From positions 88,926-152,925 of the forward strand of contig DAITOA010000001.1 in NCBI GenBank assembly GCA_036834365.1: DNA of 64,000 nucleotides, in the 5' to 3' direction. The position numbers and the translations under genes were made by a program. How positions within the stretch are numbered: position 1 is the stretch's first letter; every line of letters starts with the position of its first letter. Below are positions 9,172-19,095 of this stretch, piece by piece. The DNA comes from Thermodesulfobacteriota bacterium (GTDB lineage Bacteria > Desulfobacterota > Desulfomonilia > UBA1062). The notes beneath the pieces are model-generated. The model searched no databases, had not been told where the DNA came from, and saw only the letters and a program-made list of their open reading frames with translations.

Positions 9172-11103
9172 TCACTCCATGGGCAGCGAGAAGTAGAATG
9201 TCGATCCCCGGCCGGGTTTGGACTTCACCCAGATGTCTCCGCCCATGACCTGCAGCGCCTTTTTCACGATGGACAGGCCGATGCCCGTGCCTTCCACATG
9301 GTTGTCGGACACCCTATAGAAGATATCGAAGATATTGCCCGTATGTTCTTCGGGGATGCCCACGCCGTTGTCCTTGACGGAAAAGATATGCATGTTGCCC
9401 AGCGTCTCATACCCGATGCTTATGACAGGCACCCTGTCCGGGTGAGAATATTTGACCGCGTTGGATATGAGGTTGGAGAAGACCTGGGTGATCCTGATCC
9501 TGTCCGCCTTGATGGCGGGCAGGTCTTCGGCGGTGACGACCTTCCCCTTTTTTTCATCGATCCTGGTGGCCAGCTCCATGATGATCTCGTCGACGATCTC
9601 CCTGGTGGGGAACTCCTCTTTCTTGAGTTTCAGGTTTTCCACGGCCGAGAGCGTCAGGAGGTTGGTGACGAATTCCTCCATATGCCTGCCGCTGTCGTGG
9701 ATCGCCTCGATGTATTGGAGTTCCTTGGATGAAAGTTTGGCGGCGGCCGATTTCATAAACCTATCGCAGAAACCGTTGATGGCTATGATGGGGTTCTTCA
9801 GATCGTGGGACACGGTGGAAACGAGCTGCCGGAGCTCCTCGTTGCGCTGGCGGATGAGGTTCAGGGCGTCCTTGAGTTCATCGGAGGTCCTGGAAATTTC
9901 CTGGAACAGGTAGATGTTCTCCATGACCGCACCCATGTGCACCCCGATGGTGATGAGCAGGCGCTCGTCCTCGGGCGAAATGGTTCGCTGCCCGAAGGAG
10001 CCGATGTTCATGACGCCGAGGAGCCGTGTCCTTGACTGGATGGGAATGGATGCGAACGACCGGATGCCCTGCTGCCTGAAGGCGATGGATTGGATGCGGT
10101 TGTCGAGGGATGCGTTCTCGATGATCATGGGTTTGCCGCTGATGGCCACCCTGCCCGCAATGCCCTCGCCGAGCTTGAGCTCCCTGACGGTCTGCATCAC
10201 CTCCTCGGGCATGCCGTGAAACAGTTCACAGCGGAGGGTCTTCCTCTTCTCATCGAGGACATAGATGAGGCCCATCTCGATGTTCATGATCTGAAGCACC
10301 TGCTCCAGGGTGTTCTGCAGGACCTCCTTGAGCTCAATGGAGGAGGAGAGCGTCTTCGATATGGTGTTGACCGCAGCGAGGTCCTGGTTCTGACGCATCA
10401 GCCGTCTCTGGAGGAGCACCTTCTCCGTGACGTCACGCAGCATGGCGATGGAGGTCCCGGGACGGTCCTCGATGAAGTGGAAGTTGCCCTCGAGCACCTT
10501 CTGCCCTGTCTTGGTGTTCACCGCGATCTGGGCGAAGAACTTCTTGGCCGTCTTCCTCCGCAGCGCGGCGATGTCCTCCCTGCCCCGCTCATCCACCAGG
10601 TCGAAGATGGATTTGCCCAGGATCTCTTCCGGTTTGTTCTGCATGATATCGACGAAGGCCGGATTCGCGAAGGTGATGAACCCGTGGTTCATGATCAAGA
10701 TGGCATCGGGTGCATCCTCGATGAGCTTGCGATACCTGCCCTCCCTGGCCAGACCGCCGCTCACGAAGTCACCCAGGAGCACATAGAGGGAATTCAGGCG
10801 ATATCCGGTGATATTGATGAGACCGGATACCTTCACCCTGGGCGAGCTCAGGGTTTCCACGATGAGGGAGAACGGCTTGTTCGTCTCGATGAGGCGCTTG
10901 AGCATCTTTTCGAGGCGGTCATCCACGAGGAAGGTGTGGATGAGCTCATAGAGCGATTTGCCCACAAAGGGCAGAGCGGAGGGCTCCATGTTGGATTCCA
11001 GGAGCTTGTTGATGTAGATGACCGTTCCGCTCCGATCAAAGGCGCATACCGCAAAGGGTGCGTTTTCAAAGACGGAGCGTACCTGGTCGAAGTGGTCTTT
11101 CAT
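9172..11103 (-). CDS. Sensor histidine kinase with PAS/GAF sensory domains (cytoplasmic, not a hybrid)
   Basis: H-box 'STVSHDLKNPIIAINGF' and HATPase_c 'DNGVGIPEEHTGNIFDIFYR..GTGIGLSIVKK'. The N-terminal PAS and GAF-like regions are long. No receiver domain and no adjacent response regulator. Confidence 0.85.
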   Translation of the reverse strand: MKDHFDQVRSVFENAPFAVCAFDRSGTVIYINKLLESNMEPSALPFVGKSLYELIHTFLVDDRLEKMLKRLIETNKPFSLIVETLSSPRVKVSGLINITGYRLNSLYVLLGDFVSGGLAREGRYRKLIEDAPDAILIMNHGFITFANPAFVDIMQNKPEEILGKSIFDLVDERGREDIAALRRKTAKKFFAQIAVNTKTGQKVLEGNFHFIEDRPGTSIAMLRDVTEKVLLQRRLMRQNQDLAAVNTISKTLSSSIELKEVLQNTLEQVLQIMNIEMGLIYVLDEKRKTLRCELFHGMPEEVMQTVRELKLGEGIAGRVAISGKPMIIENASLDNRIQSIAFRQQGIRSFASIPIQSRTRLLGVMNIGSFGQRTISPEDERLLITIGVHMGAVMENIYLFQEISRTSDELKDALNLIRQRNEELRQLVSTVSHDLKNPIIAINGFCDRFMKSAAAKLSSKELQYIEAIHDSGRHMEEFVTNLLTLSAVENLKLKKEEFPTREIVDEIIMELATRIDEKKGKVVTAEDLPAIKADRIRITQVFSNLISNAVKYSHPDRVPVISIGYETLGNMHIFSVKDNGVGIPEEHTGNIFDIFYRVSDNHVEGTGIGLSIVKKALQVMGGDIWVKSKPGRGSTFYFSLPME

Positions 11104-11107
11104 GCCT

Positions 11108-11725
11108 TCAGTCGATCTCGAACGATCCTCCGGGACTCAGGATATGGACATTGCAGGCGCAGAGTTCGGAAAACTGTTCCGCATCCTTTTTTGAACCCAC
11201 GATATCGCCGTAGTGGATCGGAACGGCGTGCTCGGCACTGATGTCTTTGAAGACCCCGGCCGCTTCACGGGCGTCCATGGTGTAGGTGCCACCCACGGGG
11301 ATGAAGGCGACGTCCACCGAGAGCCCCTTCATCTCGGGAATCCTGTCCGTGTCCCCCGGGTGGTAGATTTTTTTCCCGTCGATCTCCACCACGTACCCGA
11401 CCCATCCGTTCGCCTTGGGGTGAAAGGCTTTGCTCAGGTTGTATGCGGGTATTGCCCGTATGCCGATGTCCTTGATTTTGAGTGTCGAACCGGCTGCGAT
11501 GAGGTCCGTCACCACAGGTGTGGACATGGGCGCCACGATCCTGCTGGTCTCATCGGTAAGGGTCTTGATGTCGAATTCGGAGTAGTGATCGTAGTGATCG
11601 TGGGTGAGCAGGATGATATCCGCATGATCCTTCTGCCGTATCTTCCAGGGATCTATGTACACGGTGGCGGATGAGCCTTTGATGCAAACACTTGCATGGC
11701 CAAGCCACGTGATACGTACAGCCAT
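11108..11725 (-). CDS. MBL-fold metallo-hydrolase
   Basis: 'LLTHDHYDHY' metal-binding motif typical of the metallo-beta-lactamase fold. Lies 4 bp downstream of the histidine kinase stop, so probably co-transcribed. Confidence 0.75.
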   Translation of the reverse strand: MAVRITWLGHASVCIKGSSATVYIDPWKIRQKDHADIILLTHDHYDHYSEFDIKTLTDETSRIVAPMSTPVVTDLIAAGSTLKIKDIGIRAIPAYNLSKAFHPKANGWVGYVVEIDGKKIYHPGDTDRIPEMKGLSVDVAFIPVGGTYTMDAREAAGVFKDISAEHAVPIHYGDIVGSKKDAEQFSELCACNVHILSPGGSFEID

Positions 11726-11915
11726 AGAGCACCTCCCGGGAATGAAGAATGCACGGTCATGATGCTGTAAATCTTAGAGCATAATACAAAAGCAAGGCAG
11801 GTGTTTCAATGGGAAAAGAGGGTTGTGAACAGCGGGAGAAAATAAGCGGCCAAAGCCCCCGGATCTGGATCAGATGCCGGATGGCATGACTTTCCGGGGG
11901 CCTGGGTTCTTAATT

Positions 11916-12311
11916 TCAGAACGCACCCAGTTGGCACGGGGTGACCTTGAGTCCCAGCGAGTCGGCCGCGTTTCCTGCCTCGGCCCTCATGATGCCCGAG
12001 GAATCGGCTATTTCCCAGAGTCGGGCGCAGGATATCTTTCCCTCCTTCGCGCCGGACCTGATGAGGTCGATGACGTCCTGTTTCACCTCGACCTTACGGC
12101 CAACGATCTTATAAGAGGATTGCCCCTTCCGGCCGTACCCGAAGAGGCCGAGCTGGCATTGGTCGAGTTTCACCCCGGCCTCGTTGGCGGCCTTGCCCAC
12201 ATCAAGGGGTTCGGCCTTCAGGTATGCTGCGATGAAGTGGGCTACTGAACAGGGGAGCTTGCCCTTGACGGGGTAGACGGCAATGGTCTCTTTGATCTTT
12301 TCAAACGACAT
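11916..12311 (-). CDS. Hypothetical protein with internal tandem duplication (two ~45-aa repeats ending in 'CQLGxFG')
   Basis: Repeat 1 is 'AEPLDVGKAANEAGVKLDQCQLGLFG' and repeat 2 is 'AEAGNAADSLGLKVTPCQLGAF'. Sits 22 bp downstream of the acetyl-CoA synthetase gene on the same strand. No family recognised. Confidence 0.45.
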   Translation of the reverse strand: MSFEKIKETIAVYPVKGKLPCSVAHFIAAYLKAEPLDVGKAANEAGVKLDQCQLGLFGYGRKGQSSYKIVGRKVEVKQDVIDLIRSGAKEGKISCARLWEIADSSGIMRAEAGNAADSLGLKVTPCQLGAF

Positions 12312-12333
12312 GGTTTTCCTCCCTCATGTGTCC

Positions 12334-14460
12334 CTATACTATCACCAGTGCGTCCGCTACGAAAGGTTTTCCGTTCACCACGATCATGGGGTTCAGATCG
12401 ATCTCCCTGATGTGTGGGAAGTGAATGGAGATCCGGCCCAGTGCCATGAGAATTGTGTTCAGTGCAGCTCTGTCCACGGGAGGCATTCCCCTGTAGTGGC
12501 CCAGGATGCGCCGGGAGGAAATGCCGTCCACCATCTCCGAGGCTTCGTGAGGCGCCAGGGGGGCGAGACGCAGCGTGATGTCGTCGAGCGCCTCGGTGAG
12601 CACTCCACCCAGTCCGAAGACCACGCAGGGAGGGAATCCGGGGTGGCGAGTGATGCCTGCCATGAGCTCGCGGTCTCCCTTGAGCATCTGAGCCACCAGG
12701 AGGGGGGAATCCCCGTCTTTGCCGCGGATGGACCGGTATGCGGCCTCAAGCCCGGCTTCGTCCTTCAGGTTCAGGTGCACGAAGCCGAGCTCGGTCTTGT
12801 GCGCAACGGTCGGCGAGCAGGCCTTGAGAACCACGGGGTAGCCGATCTCCCGGGCTTTCAGCAGGGTCTCTTCAAGCGTGTGGCTCAATGCCTCCCGGGG
12901 CGTCGGGATACCGTATACCTTCAGGAGTCTTTTCGCGCTGAATTCGTCGAAGCCGATCTGCGAAGCATGTTCGACGATCCGCAGCGCCTCCGCCGGGGGG
13001 GAGCCGGGATCTTCCGCCTTTTCCATGGGCCTGCTCCTGAACTGAAGGTGCCTGAAAAGTGCGCCCATGGCCCTGCCCGCCTTTTCCGGCGCGTCGAAGG
13101 TCGGAATGTGCCGTTCATGGAAGGTCTGGATGCAGTGGTCTTCCTTGCCGAAGAACGAGGAGATGAGGAGCGGTTTGCCGAATCGCTCGGGCATTGAGAC
13201 AAGGGCGTCCATGCTGATGCTCGCCATTTTGATGAGGTCTTCCTTGGTGATCTTCGCGAATTTTTCCAGCACCGGATGGAGGAGCTCCATGAAGGCCGTG
13301 TCCATGATGCCGTGGATGATGACGCCGTCCACCTCGTCCGACGAGAAGAGTACCCGGGGGATCTCTTCGGTGAGCGCCTTCATGTCGGTATGGAAGGTCA
13401 GGTCCACGGGGTTGCGTGCACTGGCATGGCCCGGCAGAAAAGCAGACACCTTTTCCTGCATCTCCCGTGAAAACTCGGGCACCTCGAGACCGCCACGGTT
13501 GCAGGTATGGGCTATGCCGGTGCCAGGCCCTCCCGAGTTGGTGAGGATGGCGACCCGCTTTCCCCTGAGCGGGGGCTGCGTGGCCAGGGCCCAGCCCGTC
13601 TTGTAGACGTCCTCGATGCTCTCCACGCCTATGATACCTGCCTGCTCGAACAGTGCCTCGTAGAGCCGGGACGGACCCGCCATGGCGCCGGTATGGCTGG
13701 AGCCGGAGCGCGCCCCGGCCTCGGTGCCGCCCACGTACTGGGCCACGATGGGCTTGATACGGCTTACCTTCGAGGCGACGTCGAGGAACCGGGCCGCGTC
13801 GCGGATGCCCTCGATGTAGAGGCCGATGGCTCTGGTGTGCTCATCCTCGCCAAGGTATTCGATACAGTCGATGAGGTTTATGTCCGCCTCGTTACCCACG
13901 CTGACGGCCTTGCTCAGGACGATCCCGCTCCTGTGGAGGTAGGAGACAACCTGAGCCACATAGGTGCCGCTCTGGGATGCGAGACCCAGACTCCCATCGT
14001 GGTCCTGCATGGGGCCTACGGTGATGTTGAGCGGCAGGTGGGTGTTCACGATGCCCAGACAGTTGGGGCCCAGGAACCGGATGCCGTAGTGCCGGGCGCG
14101 TTCGACGAGGGTCTTCTCCATGCCGCGGCCCTGATCGCCGGTTTCCCTGAAGCCTCCTGTGACGATGACCATGGAGCGGGTACCGAGCCTTCCGAAATCC
14201 TCCACCATGTCGAGAACGAGCCGGGTTGGCACGACGAGTACCGCCAGTTCCGGGGCGTAGGGGAGGTCCGCGATGTTCCGGTAGGCCTTCTTCCCGAGCA
14301 CCGTACTTTCCTTCGGGTGAACGGGCAGCACCTCCCCCGGATATCCCCCGGCGATGAGGTTCATACACTGGATGGTCCCCATGCTGGTGAACCTGTTGCT
14401 GGCGCCCACAAAGGCGATCGAAGACGGGTTCATGAGCTGTCGAATCGGATTATCCGCCAT
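12334..14460 (-). CDS. ADP-forming acetyl-CoA synthetase (NDP-forming acyl-CoA synthetase, fused alpha/beta domains)
   Basis: N-terminal CoA-binding 'IRQLMNPSSIAFVGASNRFTSMG', succinyl-CoA-synthetase-like ligase-CoA domains and a C-terminal ATP-grasp region. Start placed at the ATG at 14460, preceded by AGGAGG. Confidence 0.8.
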   Translation of the reverse strand: MADNPIRQLMNPSSIAFVGASNRFTSMGTIQCMNLIAGGYPGEVLPVHPKESTVLGKKAYRNIADLPYAPELAVLVVPTRLVLDMVEDFGRLGTRSMVIVTGGFRETGDQGRGMEKTLVERARHYGIRFLGPNCLGIVNTHLPLNITVGPMQDHDGSLGLASQSGTYVAQVVSYLHRSGIVLSKAVSVGNEADINLIDCIEYLGEDEHTRAIGLYIEGIRDAARFLDVASKVSRIKPIVAQYVGGTEAGARSGSSHTGAMAGPSRLYEALFEQAGIIGVESIEDVYKTGWALATQPPLRGKRVAILTNSGGPGTGIAHTCNRGGLEVPEFSREMQEKVSAFLPGHASARNPVDLTFHTDMKALTEEIPRVLFSSDEVDGVIIHGIMDTAFMELLHPVLEKFAKITKEDLIKMASISMDALVSMPERFGKPLLISSFFGKEDHCIQTFHERHIPTFDAPEKAGRAMGALFRHLQFRSRPMEKAEDPGSPPAEALRIVEHASQIGFDEFSAKRLLKVYGIPTPREALSHTLEETLLKAREIGYPVVLKACSPTVAHKTELGFVHLNLKDEAGLEAAYRSIRGKDGDSPLLVAQMLKGDRELMAGITRHPGFPPCVVFGLGGVLTEALDDITLRLAPLAPHEASEMVDGISSRRILGHYRGMPPVDRAALNTILMALGRISIHFPHIREIDLNPMIVVNGKPFVADALVIV

Positions 14461-14740
14461 ACATCCTCCTGGTCCCTGCGTCCTGGGACGACTTGCATGT
14501 GAAATACACATATCAAAATCCATGAACGGCATGAGCCGAACCGTAATATTGGATTATCATATTACACAATGCCATGGATATCCAGGATGAATTCATCTAA
14601 CTTCTGCATTACGTGTATGCTATGCTGTATTGTGACTACGCAGCGGGAGGATCCCCTTGGTTATGAAAATATCAATAAATTTAGTGCGATACCCATTGAG
14701 GAAAGACGTTTTCTGCCGATGAGCATGGTAGCGGCATTAT

Positions 14741-15463
14741 TTGACGGTAAAGGACGAACGGAACCATATGAGCTTGGCATCTTGCGTGTTCGCGAATACG
14801 TATCAGGCAAAGAGATTTCTCAGCATTTCCCTCCTTTCGCTCATCGGATTTTCCTGCATGTTCGAGGTCTTTCAATACATTGACCCCTCTCCCCTCAAGG
14901 ACTGGATATACCTGAGGATAGCCCTGGAGAAGATCGGGGTCTCGGGTCTGCTGCTCTTCGTTCTCTGTGTGGCCACCATGCCGCTGGCGGCACCCCTGAG
15001 CCTGCTCATCATGGCGGGATCTTCGGCCTACGGGGCTCCCCTGGGCATCGTCCTGTCCTATGTGGGCTGCCTGCTGAACGCCAACCTCGCCTTTTTTCTG
15101 GTCAAGGCTCTGCATATAGACAAGTCATGGGGACATGGCTCAAGATCAGGCAGGGTCAAGGGTGCGATCCAGGAGAACGGGTACCTCCTGGTGCTTGTCT
15201 TTCAGCTGATCACCATCATCCCCTTCACGATGATCAATGCTGCAGCATCGGCATCGGGGGTGTGCTGGAAGGATTTCATGAAGGCCACGCTTTTCGGCGT
15301 CATACCGGGCATCGCGGTATTCTCGCTGCTCGGGGAGATGGTCCTTGACGAGGTTTTATCGCCCCGGCTCTACCTGGCGACTGTATGTGCCGCCGTGCTG
15401 GTGATCCTCTGCCTTGCCCTCCTGAAGAAGAACGCCCAGCTGAGATCCAAGGCACTCACCTAA
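14741..15463 (+). CDS. TVP38/TMEM64 (DedA-related, SNARE-associated) family membrane protein
   Basis: 240 aa and multi-pass. 'VATMPLAAPLSLLIMAGSSAYGAPLGIVLSYVGCLLNANLAFFLVKAL' is typical of the TVP38/TMEM64 core. Confidence 0.5.
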   Translation: MTVKDERNHMSLASCVFANTYQAKRFLSISLLSLIGFSCMFEVFQYIDPSPLKDWIYLRIALEKIGVSGLLLFVLCVATMPLAAPLSLLIMAGSSAYGAPLGIVLSYVGCLLNANLAFFLVKALHIDKSWGHGSRSGRVKGAIQENGYLLVLVFQLITIIPFTMINAAASASGVCWKDFMKATLFGVIPGIAVFSLLGEMVLDEVLSPRLYLATVCAAVLVILCLALLKKNAQLRSKALT

Positions 15464-16080
15464 GGCCTGGAAAAATCCATCAGAGTGGAAAGAAGGATGT
15501 ACGTCGAGTAGTCCTTTGTTCTCAGGGACGTTGCCGGGACCGAACACCTTCAGGGCCATCTCCTGGTCGACCTTCAGGGGGATGACCCCCTGTACGAGCA
15601 TGTAGCTTCCCTTCCTGGCCATGGCCAGGCCCATGACCTTACCGTCTTCGGAAAGCAGTTCCACCGGAGAAGGCCTGGTGAAGCAGACAGGCGAAAACGC
15701 GTGGTCCCCGCCCTTTATCCTGACATCCAGGCCGCACATGTTCAAGGTCGCAGCGAACACCCGGGAGATAACGAGGGAGCATTCGGGGATGCTCCCGGGG
15801 AAGATCCCGCCGACCGGCGTACTGATGCTGAAGGTTATGTCGTCCCCATGCAGGACCGCGCCTCCGCCTGTAGGTCTCTGCAGGACGGGCAGGACAAGGC
15901 TCTTGTCGTGGAGTTCAAAGGATTTCTGATGAAAGCCCGTGGTCACGGCGGGTTCGGCCCAGTCGTAGAGCCTTAGCGCCCCGGGGATGATTCCGTTTCT
16001 TACCGCCTCGAAGAGCTCGAGGTCGGTCTCCATGGTGAGGCTCGGCGGGCACTTCCCTTCATGCAGGAACAGCCATGGGC

Positions 16081-16084
<4 letters not shown>
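15356..16084 (-). CDS. Lipoate--protein ligase / octanoyltransferase family protein (BPL/LPL catalytic domain only)
   Basis: 'VLPVLQRPTGGGAVLHGDDITFSI' matches the LplA/LipB 'RR.SGGGAV.HD' catalytic motif. ATG at 16084 overlaps the stop of the preceding gene (ATGA). Confidence 0.65.
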
Positions 16085-16494
<410 letters not shown>

Positions 16495-17058
16495 TCAACT
16501 CACTCGTTCAATGTAGTCGCCGGTTCTGGTGTCGACCTTGACCACCTCGCCGACGCTTATGAACAGGGGGACCTGGATGGTGACGCCGGTCTCGAGCTTG
16601 GCAGGCTTCGATCCGCCGGAGGCGGTATTACCCTTCAGGCCCGGGTCGGTCTCCACGACCTCTAGTTCCATGAACATGGGAAGCTCCACACCGATGGGCA
16701 CCCCGTTGTGGAGGAGCACCTCAACCTCGACGTTTTCCTTGAGGTAACCCAGTGCGTCTCCCATATGGTCCTCTGTCAGGGTCATCTGATCGTAGGTCTG
16801 GGTGTCCATGAAGCAGTAACCGCTCTCATCCTGGTAAAGATATGACATCCGTTTCTCTTCGAGGTCGGGGACGTCGACCTTTTCTCCGGACCGGAAGGTG
16901 ATGTCGAGGACCTTGCCGCTGATCAGGCTCTTGATCTTCGTCCTGACAAAGGCCCCGCCCTTGCCCGGCTTTACATGCTGGAAATCAACGATGGTATACG
17001 GCTCACCGTCGATCTCAATCTTCAGGTTCTTCCTGAACTGTGCTGTTGAATACTGCAT
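16495..17058 (-). CDS. efp: Elongation factor P
   Basis: 'MQYSTAQFRKNLKIEIDGEPYTIVDFQHVKPGKGGAFVRTKIKSL' contains the canonical EF-P KPGKG loop. 187 aa. Confidence 0.95.
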   Translation of the reverse strand: MQYSTAQFRKNLKIEIDGEPYTIVDFQHVKPGKGGAFVRTKIKSLISGKVLDITFRSGEKVDVPDLEEKRMSYLYQDESGYCFMDTQTYDQMTLTEDHMGDALGYLKENVEVEVLLHNGVPIGVELPMFMELEVVETDPGLKGNTASGGSKPAKLETGVTIQVPLFISVGEVVKVDTRTGDYIERVS

Positions 17059-17070
17059 AAGGCCTCACCT

Positions 17071-18132
17071 CTAGCTGATATTTCTGATGATTCCCTTATC
17101 AAGATTTGTGAGACGCTTGCAAGAATTATCTGTTACCAGCACCATGTCCTCCAGCCTGATGCCGTATCGGCCGGGCATATATACCCCGGGCTCGATGGTG
17201 ATGACCATGCCTTCTTCCAGGAGGTCTTCGGACAATGGCGACACCGTGGGGGCCTCATGGACCTCCCTGCCCACGCCATGGCCGAGGCCGTGTCCGAAGT
17301 AGGAGGAGAGCCCTCCCGAGGCGAGATGATCTCTGGCGATCCTGTCCACGTCGGAGGCCTTCACCCCGGGTGCTACGGCCTTCATGGCCCGGGCCTGGGC
17401 CTCGTGGACCTTCTGGTAGGCCTCGCTGAAGCCGTCCGGCGGAGAGCCGGTGAGCACGGTGACGGTCTGATCGGAGCAGTAGCCGTTATACACGCATCCG
17501 AAGTCGATGATCACCACCTCGTTTCCGCCTATCACCCTGTCCGAGGCTGCTCCGTGAGGCATGGCCGACCTCGTCCCCGAGGCGATGAGCAGTTCGAAGG
17601 ACGTCCCGCTGGCACCCCTTGTCCGCATCTCCCACTCGAGGTCGAGGGACACATCGATCTCCCTGCGGCCAGCGAGCCCTTTCTCCAGGACCTTCTCCAG
17701 GGCCTCCTCGGAGATCGAGGCCGCCTTCCGGACGGCGGCGGTTTCTGTTTCGTCCTTGATGGAGCGCAGGTTCCTGAGCTGGGTCCCCATCGGAGTCATC
17801 TCGATGCCCCGGTAAAGGTCCTTCATCTTCAGGAAGCTGTCGATATCGAGGATATTGGATTCAAGACCCATGGTCTGTACGCCTTCTTCCCTGAGCACTT
17901 CAAGGATGTCCTCCCAGCGCCGCTTGAACTCGCGCACCTCGTCCCGGGTCTCGCCCATCGCCTGGAGGGTGTTGCGCGAATCCACGAACAGGAAGGATTT
18001 CTCCTCAGTGAACAGGTACAGTGCGTCCGAGCCGGTGTATCCGCTCAGATACGTGATGCTTGGACGGGAAAGGAGGAGGATGGCATCGAGCCCCCTGAGG
18101 TATCGGCGTGCCCTGCTAAGCCTTTTTTCCAT
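17071..18132 (-). CDS. pepP: Xaa-Pro aminopeptidase (M24 family)
   Basis: M24 metal ligand region 'YFGHGLGHGVGREVHEAP' and creatinase/prolidase N-terminal domain. Start placed at the ATG at 18132 (MEKRL..). Confidence 0.8.
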   Translation of the reverse strand: MEKRLSRARRYLRGLDAILLLSRPSITYLSGYTGSDALYLFTEEKSFLFVDSRNTLQAMGETRDEVREFKRRWEDILEVLREEGVQTMGLESNILDIDSFLKMKDLYRGIEMTPMGTQLRNLRSIKDETETAAVRKAASISEEALEKVLEKGLAGRREIDVSLDLEWEMRTRGASGTSFELLIASGTRSAMPHGAASDRVIGGNEVVIIDFGCVYNGYCSDQTVTVLTGSPPDGFSEAYQKVHEAQARAMKAVAPGVKASDVDRIARDHLASGGLSSYFGHGLGHGVGREVHEAPTVSPLSEDLLEEGMVITIEPGVYMPGRYGIRLEDMVLVTDNSCKRLTNLDKGIIRNIS

Positions 18133-18559
18133 GCAACTCCCAGACGGCCTCCAGGGCGATCTCGTAGCCAAGGGGCCCCATCCCGGAGATGGTCCCGGCT
18201 GCGATGTCGGAGAAGTAGTTGACCTGCCGGAACGGCTCCCGTGAAGCCGCCTTGCTCAGGTGCACCTCAATGAAGGGGAGGTTCACCGCAAGCAGTGCAT
18301 CCCTCAGGGCAACCGAGGTGTGGGTGTAGCCGCCGGGGTTGATGATGAAGGCGCCGAAGCCCATGGCGGGGGCTTTCTGGATCCTGTCGATGAGCTCTCC
18401 CTCGTGGTTGGACTGGAAGAAGTCCACCTCGACGCCGATGCTCAGGGCTTTGCGCCTGAGGGCCGATTCGATCTCTTCAAGGCTCGTGGCCCCATAGACG
18501 GATGGTTCCCGCTTCCCGAGCAGGTTCAGATTCGGCCCGTTGATCACCAGTATCTTCAT
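18116..18559 (-). CDS. aroQ: 3-dehydroquinate dehydratase, type II
   Basis: 'MKILVINGPNLNLLGKREPSVYG' is the type II DHQase N-terminus. ATG at 18559 overlaps the upstream stop (ATGA). Confidence 0.9.
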   Translation of the reverse strand: MKILVINGPNLNLLGKREPSVYGATSLEEIESALRRKALSIGVEVDFFQSNHEGELIDRIQKAPAMGFGAFIINPGGYTHTSVALRDALLAVNLPFIEVHLSKAASREPFRQVNYFSDIAAGTISGMGPLGYEIALEAVWELHGKKA

Positions 18560-19095
18560 TTCTTCAGCCTCACCAGCCATCCCTCCAGCGTCTTCCTGAG
18601 GTAGAGGTTCTGGACGTTCAAGGCATCCTGGCGGGATGCCTCGTCAAGTGCACCAATGCTGTCCACCTGGGTATAGATGTCCAGGGCCTGCTCGAAGTGG
18701 CCCTGCTGTGCATAGACCTTGGCAAGATCGACGGACGGTTCCCTCATGAGTTCCTCACGGTCGGCTTCCTGTGCCTCGAGGAGGTCCCTTGCCTCGTCGT
18801 CATCGGGATAGAATGCCAGATACCGCTCGAGACATATACGGGCACGGTCCGTATCGCCGCGTTTTCTGTGGATGAGAGCGAGGTAATACATCGATCTGAC
18901 AAGGCTCTGAGCCTGATCAGCGATCTTCTCGAGCACCTCGGCTGCTTCGCCGTACCTTCCGAGCTTGTACAGCGAGATCCCTGACAAGAGTTTGTCTTCA
19001 GGGTTCTTGCGGGTCTTGGCTGCCCGGACGACGTCCAGGAGCCTGCCTTCATCGAAGGCCTTCTGCACTTTCTCTGACGAACCGGCCATACGCAC
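18556..19095 (-). CDS. TPR-repeat protein embedded in the aro operon
   Basis: 179 aa, predicted helical, with TPR-like 34-aa repeats (e.g. 'SLYKLGRYGEAAEVLEKIADQAQ', 'YYLALIHRKRGDTDRARICLERYLAFYPDD'). Confidence 0.55.
   Translation of the reverse strand: MRMAGSSEKVQKAFDEGRLLDVVRAAKTRKNPEDKLLSGISLYKLGRYGEAAEVLEKIADQAQSLVRSMYYLALIHRKRGDTDRARICLERYLAFYPDDDEARDLLEAQEADREELMREPSVDLAKVYAQQGHFEQALDIYTQVDSIGALDEASRQDALNVQNLYLRKTLEGWLVRLKK

Noticed and set aside
14461-14740. FNR or CRP-type sites in the AT-rich divergent region between the acetyl-CoA synthetase and TVP38 genes
   Set aside because: There is no convincing TTGAT-N4-ATCAA or TGTGA-N6-TCACA palindrome, only partial half-sites.
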